64,000 nucleotides of DNA from Candidatus Hydrothermarchaeum profundi (GTDB lineage: Archaea; Hydrothermarchaeota; Hydrothermarchaeia; Hydrothermarchaeales; Hydrothermarchaeaceae), in the NCBI GenBank assembly GCA_002011125.2, contig MTMF02000009.1, positions 299,906-363,905 on the forward strand, in the 5' to 3' direction. The notes beneath the pieces are model-generated. The model ran no database searches. It saw nothing but the letters and a program-made list of their open reading frames with translations, and was not told the origin of the DNA. Position numbers and translations under genes: made by a program. Shown in pieces: positions 61,900 through 64,000 of the stretch (within the stretch, counting starts at the first letter, position 1; each line of letters starts with the position of its first letter).

Positions 61900-62155
61900 G
61901 CGCCCATTCTTTGAGTTTCTCGTATGAGACCCTCCCACATAACCCCTTTCCTGTCTTTTTATTGTAATAGAAGGGGACAGAACCACACTTCCCTTGATCG
62001 TATTTCATGAACAATTTGGCATTTTCATGGTTGTGCCAGACCTCGTATTTTTTAATCTTAATCCCTAGCTCCTCCTCTAATCGCTCCACTAAGGGCTCCA
62101 TTTCCTTACAAATCCCGCATTCAGTACCATAAAATTCAATTAGATGCTCAGTCAT
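61889..62155 (-). CDS. Thioredoxin-family protein (CGIC)
   Basis: EFYGTECGIC, cis-Pro in CGSVPF, extra Cys residues. Confidence 0.85.
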   Translation of the reverse strand: MTEHLIEFYGTECGICKEMEPLVERLEEELGIKIKKYEVWHNHENAKLFMKYDQGKCGSVPFYYNKKTGKGLCGRVSYEKLKEWALGK

Positions 62156-62157
62156 TT

Positions 62158-62409
62158 CTACCCGCTCCTTTCTAATATTTTTTTAATATCTGATTTAGAG
62201 GGAACTCCTTTAGAATAAACGACCTCGTCTCTTTGAAGTATAACTGGTACAGAAATTATATTATGTTTCTTTGCGAGGTTCCTCCCCTCTTCTGAAGAAA
62301 CCTCTATGTAATTCAGCTTAAACCCCATTTCACCGCTTGCTTCACTAAGAACTTTTTTAGCTTTCTGGGTATATGGACACCAGTCTGCTCCAACCAATAC
62401 TACTTCCAT
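62158..62409 (-). CDS. Thioredoxin/glutaredoxin-fold protein (monothiol WCPYT)
   Basis: ADWCPYT, ISVPVI, GVP. Confidence 0.8.
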   Translation of the reverse strand: MEVVLVGADWCPYTQKAKKVLSEASGEMGFKLNYIEVSSEEGRNLAKKHNIISVPVILQRDEVVYSKGVPSKSDIKKILERSG

Positions 62410-62720
62410 TATTTGGCCTCTCTCAGCGCCTCTCTTATCATCTCTTTAGTGGGCCACCCCGCTACACCCTCCTCGGAGATGTATACTCTGCACCGGAGGC
62501 CGTAGTCTCCTCTCCCCCTAGCTCCTTTCTCGATGTCCAATCCATTTATTCTTATAGTGGGTGAGCCTATAAACTTTAACTTCTTGGCCATCTCCTCATT
62601 CTCAACTACGATTTCCTCAATTTTTTCATCTATCCCTTCCTCCTCCATTACTTCCTTGAGCAACTTCATTGCTTCATGGTGTGTTGGACAGTCATTAGTC
62701 CGTAATAGCTCAATCTTCAA
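62409..62720 (-). CDS. Thioredoxin-fold protein (DUF2703-like)
   Basis: DCPTH, FIGSPTIRING, CRVY; GAGGTGA RBS. Confidence 0.75.
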   Translation of the reverse strand: MKIELLRTNDCPTHHEAMKLLKEVMEEEGIDEKIEEIVVENEEMAKKLKFIGSPTIRINGLDIEKGARGRGDYGLRCRVYISEEGVAGWPTKEMIREALREAK

Positions 62721-62775
62721 ATTCCTTCACCTCTAGATATAATATAACTTTTAACATGGAAGGCTTTTTCAAAAT

Positions 62776-64000
62776 CTACTTCTTTTTAAAACGGGATATA
62801 ATCGCTAAAAGAGCCAAAAATGATATTCCAACAAGCAATATTACATAATAAGGCGAAATACCAAAAATTAGCGGAAGTAATCTTGCATTAATAGCAGGGT
62901 TTTCACCTGGGGATATAGTGATATCCTTAGACCAATCAAGATATCCTCCACGTACTAATGACAACTTATATGTGCCCACAGGCAACTCAACTTCTTTATT
63001 CGTTTTACCATATAATTGACCATTAATCATGATATCGCAACCAGGAGGGTCAGAAGAAATGAATACCTTCCCCAATAGCTCATTATCCACGAGCACCTCA
63101 ACCAACTTTATAGTTTTTTCTACACCATTATCTGCTACAAGCCTCAAGAAATATCTTCCATTCGGAACCTGCGTTGTATCCCAAAGATAACTGCCATCAT
63201 TTGCCTCGTCTTCCGCTATCATAGCCCAATTTTTAGAGTCTAAGCTATACTCTATGTCAACAGATATCTCTCTACTTTCTGGATCAGAGGCTTTCCATGA
63301 TATTTCTTCAATTCCCTCAAGCCTTTGCCCATCCGCAGGAAACAGTATCTCCAATAATGGAGGTAAGGTTGGAGCAAGGGTTGAAGTACGTACAGTAAAT
63401 ACACTAGAAATGTCCTCAGACTTTAAACCTGCTGGGTCTTCTGCAACAATCTTCAAAGTATAATTCCCATCGGGAAATCCTTGCAGAGACCATAAAAATT
63501 CCCCAGTGTTTTCACCTTTATCCAATAAGCTAACCCACGTTTTACCCCCGTCAGGAGAAGCCTTCAAATCTATTTTCAAGTTTTCACTCTCAGGATCTAT
63601 AGCCCTCCATGTAATTAAGTAATCTCCAGAAAACTCCTCTCCCCCTTTAGGCGACAGCAGTTCAACTTGAGGAGGCCTATTCTCTTGTGTAGATACATGG
63701 AGAGTCCAGTCCTTCGACACAGTTATTTTCCCATCACTAACTACAACTTCAATTATATGCGTCCCACTAGTAGAGATATATCTCCAACTCGAATCAGACA
63801 CCACATCCTTACCATCCACCTTCCAAATATAATGGAGTTCCCCGCCATCTGACTGGACCGCTGAAACATTAAAGATAACCTGCATACCCTCTTTCAATTC
63901 AAGCTCCCCTTTCTCAGGAGTATATGATACTAGAGTCACGTTCCTATCAACATCACCCAACAAGAAATCACCAACAGGAGCAAAATACTCCAAAGAATCC
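62776..64000 (-). CDS. Membrane-anchored surface protein with Ig-like repeats and a PEGA domain, 5'-partial
   Basis: Two similar P.GGE..G...I.W.A.DPE...W...P.G.Y domains, PEGA (ISSDPPG..I.ING...GKT..LPVG.Y), C-terminal TM plus KKK; frame open to the window edge. Confidence 0.8.
   Translation of the reverse strand, partial: DSLEYFAPVGDFLLGDVDRNVTLVSYTPEKGELELKEGMQVIFNVSAVQSDGGELHYIWKVDGKDVVSDSSWRYISTSGTHIIEVVVSDGKITVSKDWTLHVSTQENRPPQVELLSPKGGEEFSGDYLITWRAIDPESENLKIDLKASPDGGKTWVSLLDKGENTGEFLWSLQGFPDGNYTLKIVAEDPAGLKSEDISSVFTVRTSTLAPTLPPLLEILFPADGQRLEGIEEISWKASDPESREISVDIEYSLDSKNWAMIAEDEANDGSYLWDTTQVPNGRYFLRLVADNGVEKTIKLVEVLVDNELLGKVFISSDPPGCDIMINGQLYGKTNKEVELPVGTYKLSLVRGGYLDWSKDITISPGENPAINARLLPLIFGISPYYVILLVGISFLALLAIISRFKKK

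Noticed and set aside
61900-61986. N-terminal extension of LipA in the ORF track
   Set aside because: Overlaps the thioredoxin gene; LipA similarity begins at KPEWLK, so TTG 61899 is the likelier start.

Overview
Archaeal chromosomal segment from an anaerobic euryarchaeote-like organism (F420-type FrhB subunits, ACDS-type CdhAB, NOG1 GTPase, AglH-like enzyme, TATA promoters; a Hydrothermarchaeota-like origin is plausible but is only inference). From left to right it contains: (i) divergent energy operons, hdrD-frhB-large hdrA on the minus strand and frhB-cdhA-cdhB-rtcA on the plus strand; (ii) an ArsR/P1B-ATPase heavy-metal module with an unannotated small membrane ORF; (iii) housekeeping and CBS-domain genes; (iv) a toxin-antitoxin/AAA-ATPase-rich zone containing an unusual QueF fused to a restriction-enzyme-type N-terminal domain; (v) a ~33 kb surface-glycan locus (Wzz, SqdB/Agl3, epimerases, two flippases, two Wzy/WaaL-like proteins, glycosyltransferases including two split at poly-A tracts, tailoring enzymes, AglH) interspersed with TA modules; (vi) a tightly coupled operon of three thioredoxin-fold genes, lipA and pdhABC with no E3 gene; (vii) a partial PEGA/Ig-like surface protein. 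No rRNA, tRNA or CRISPR array was recognised. All family assignments come from motif recognition by eye; no database search was run.
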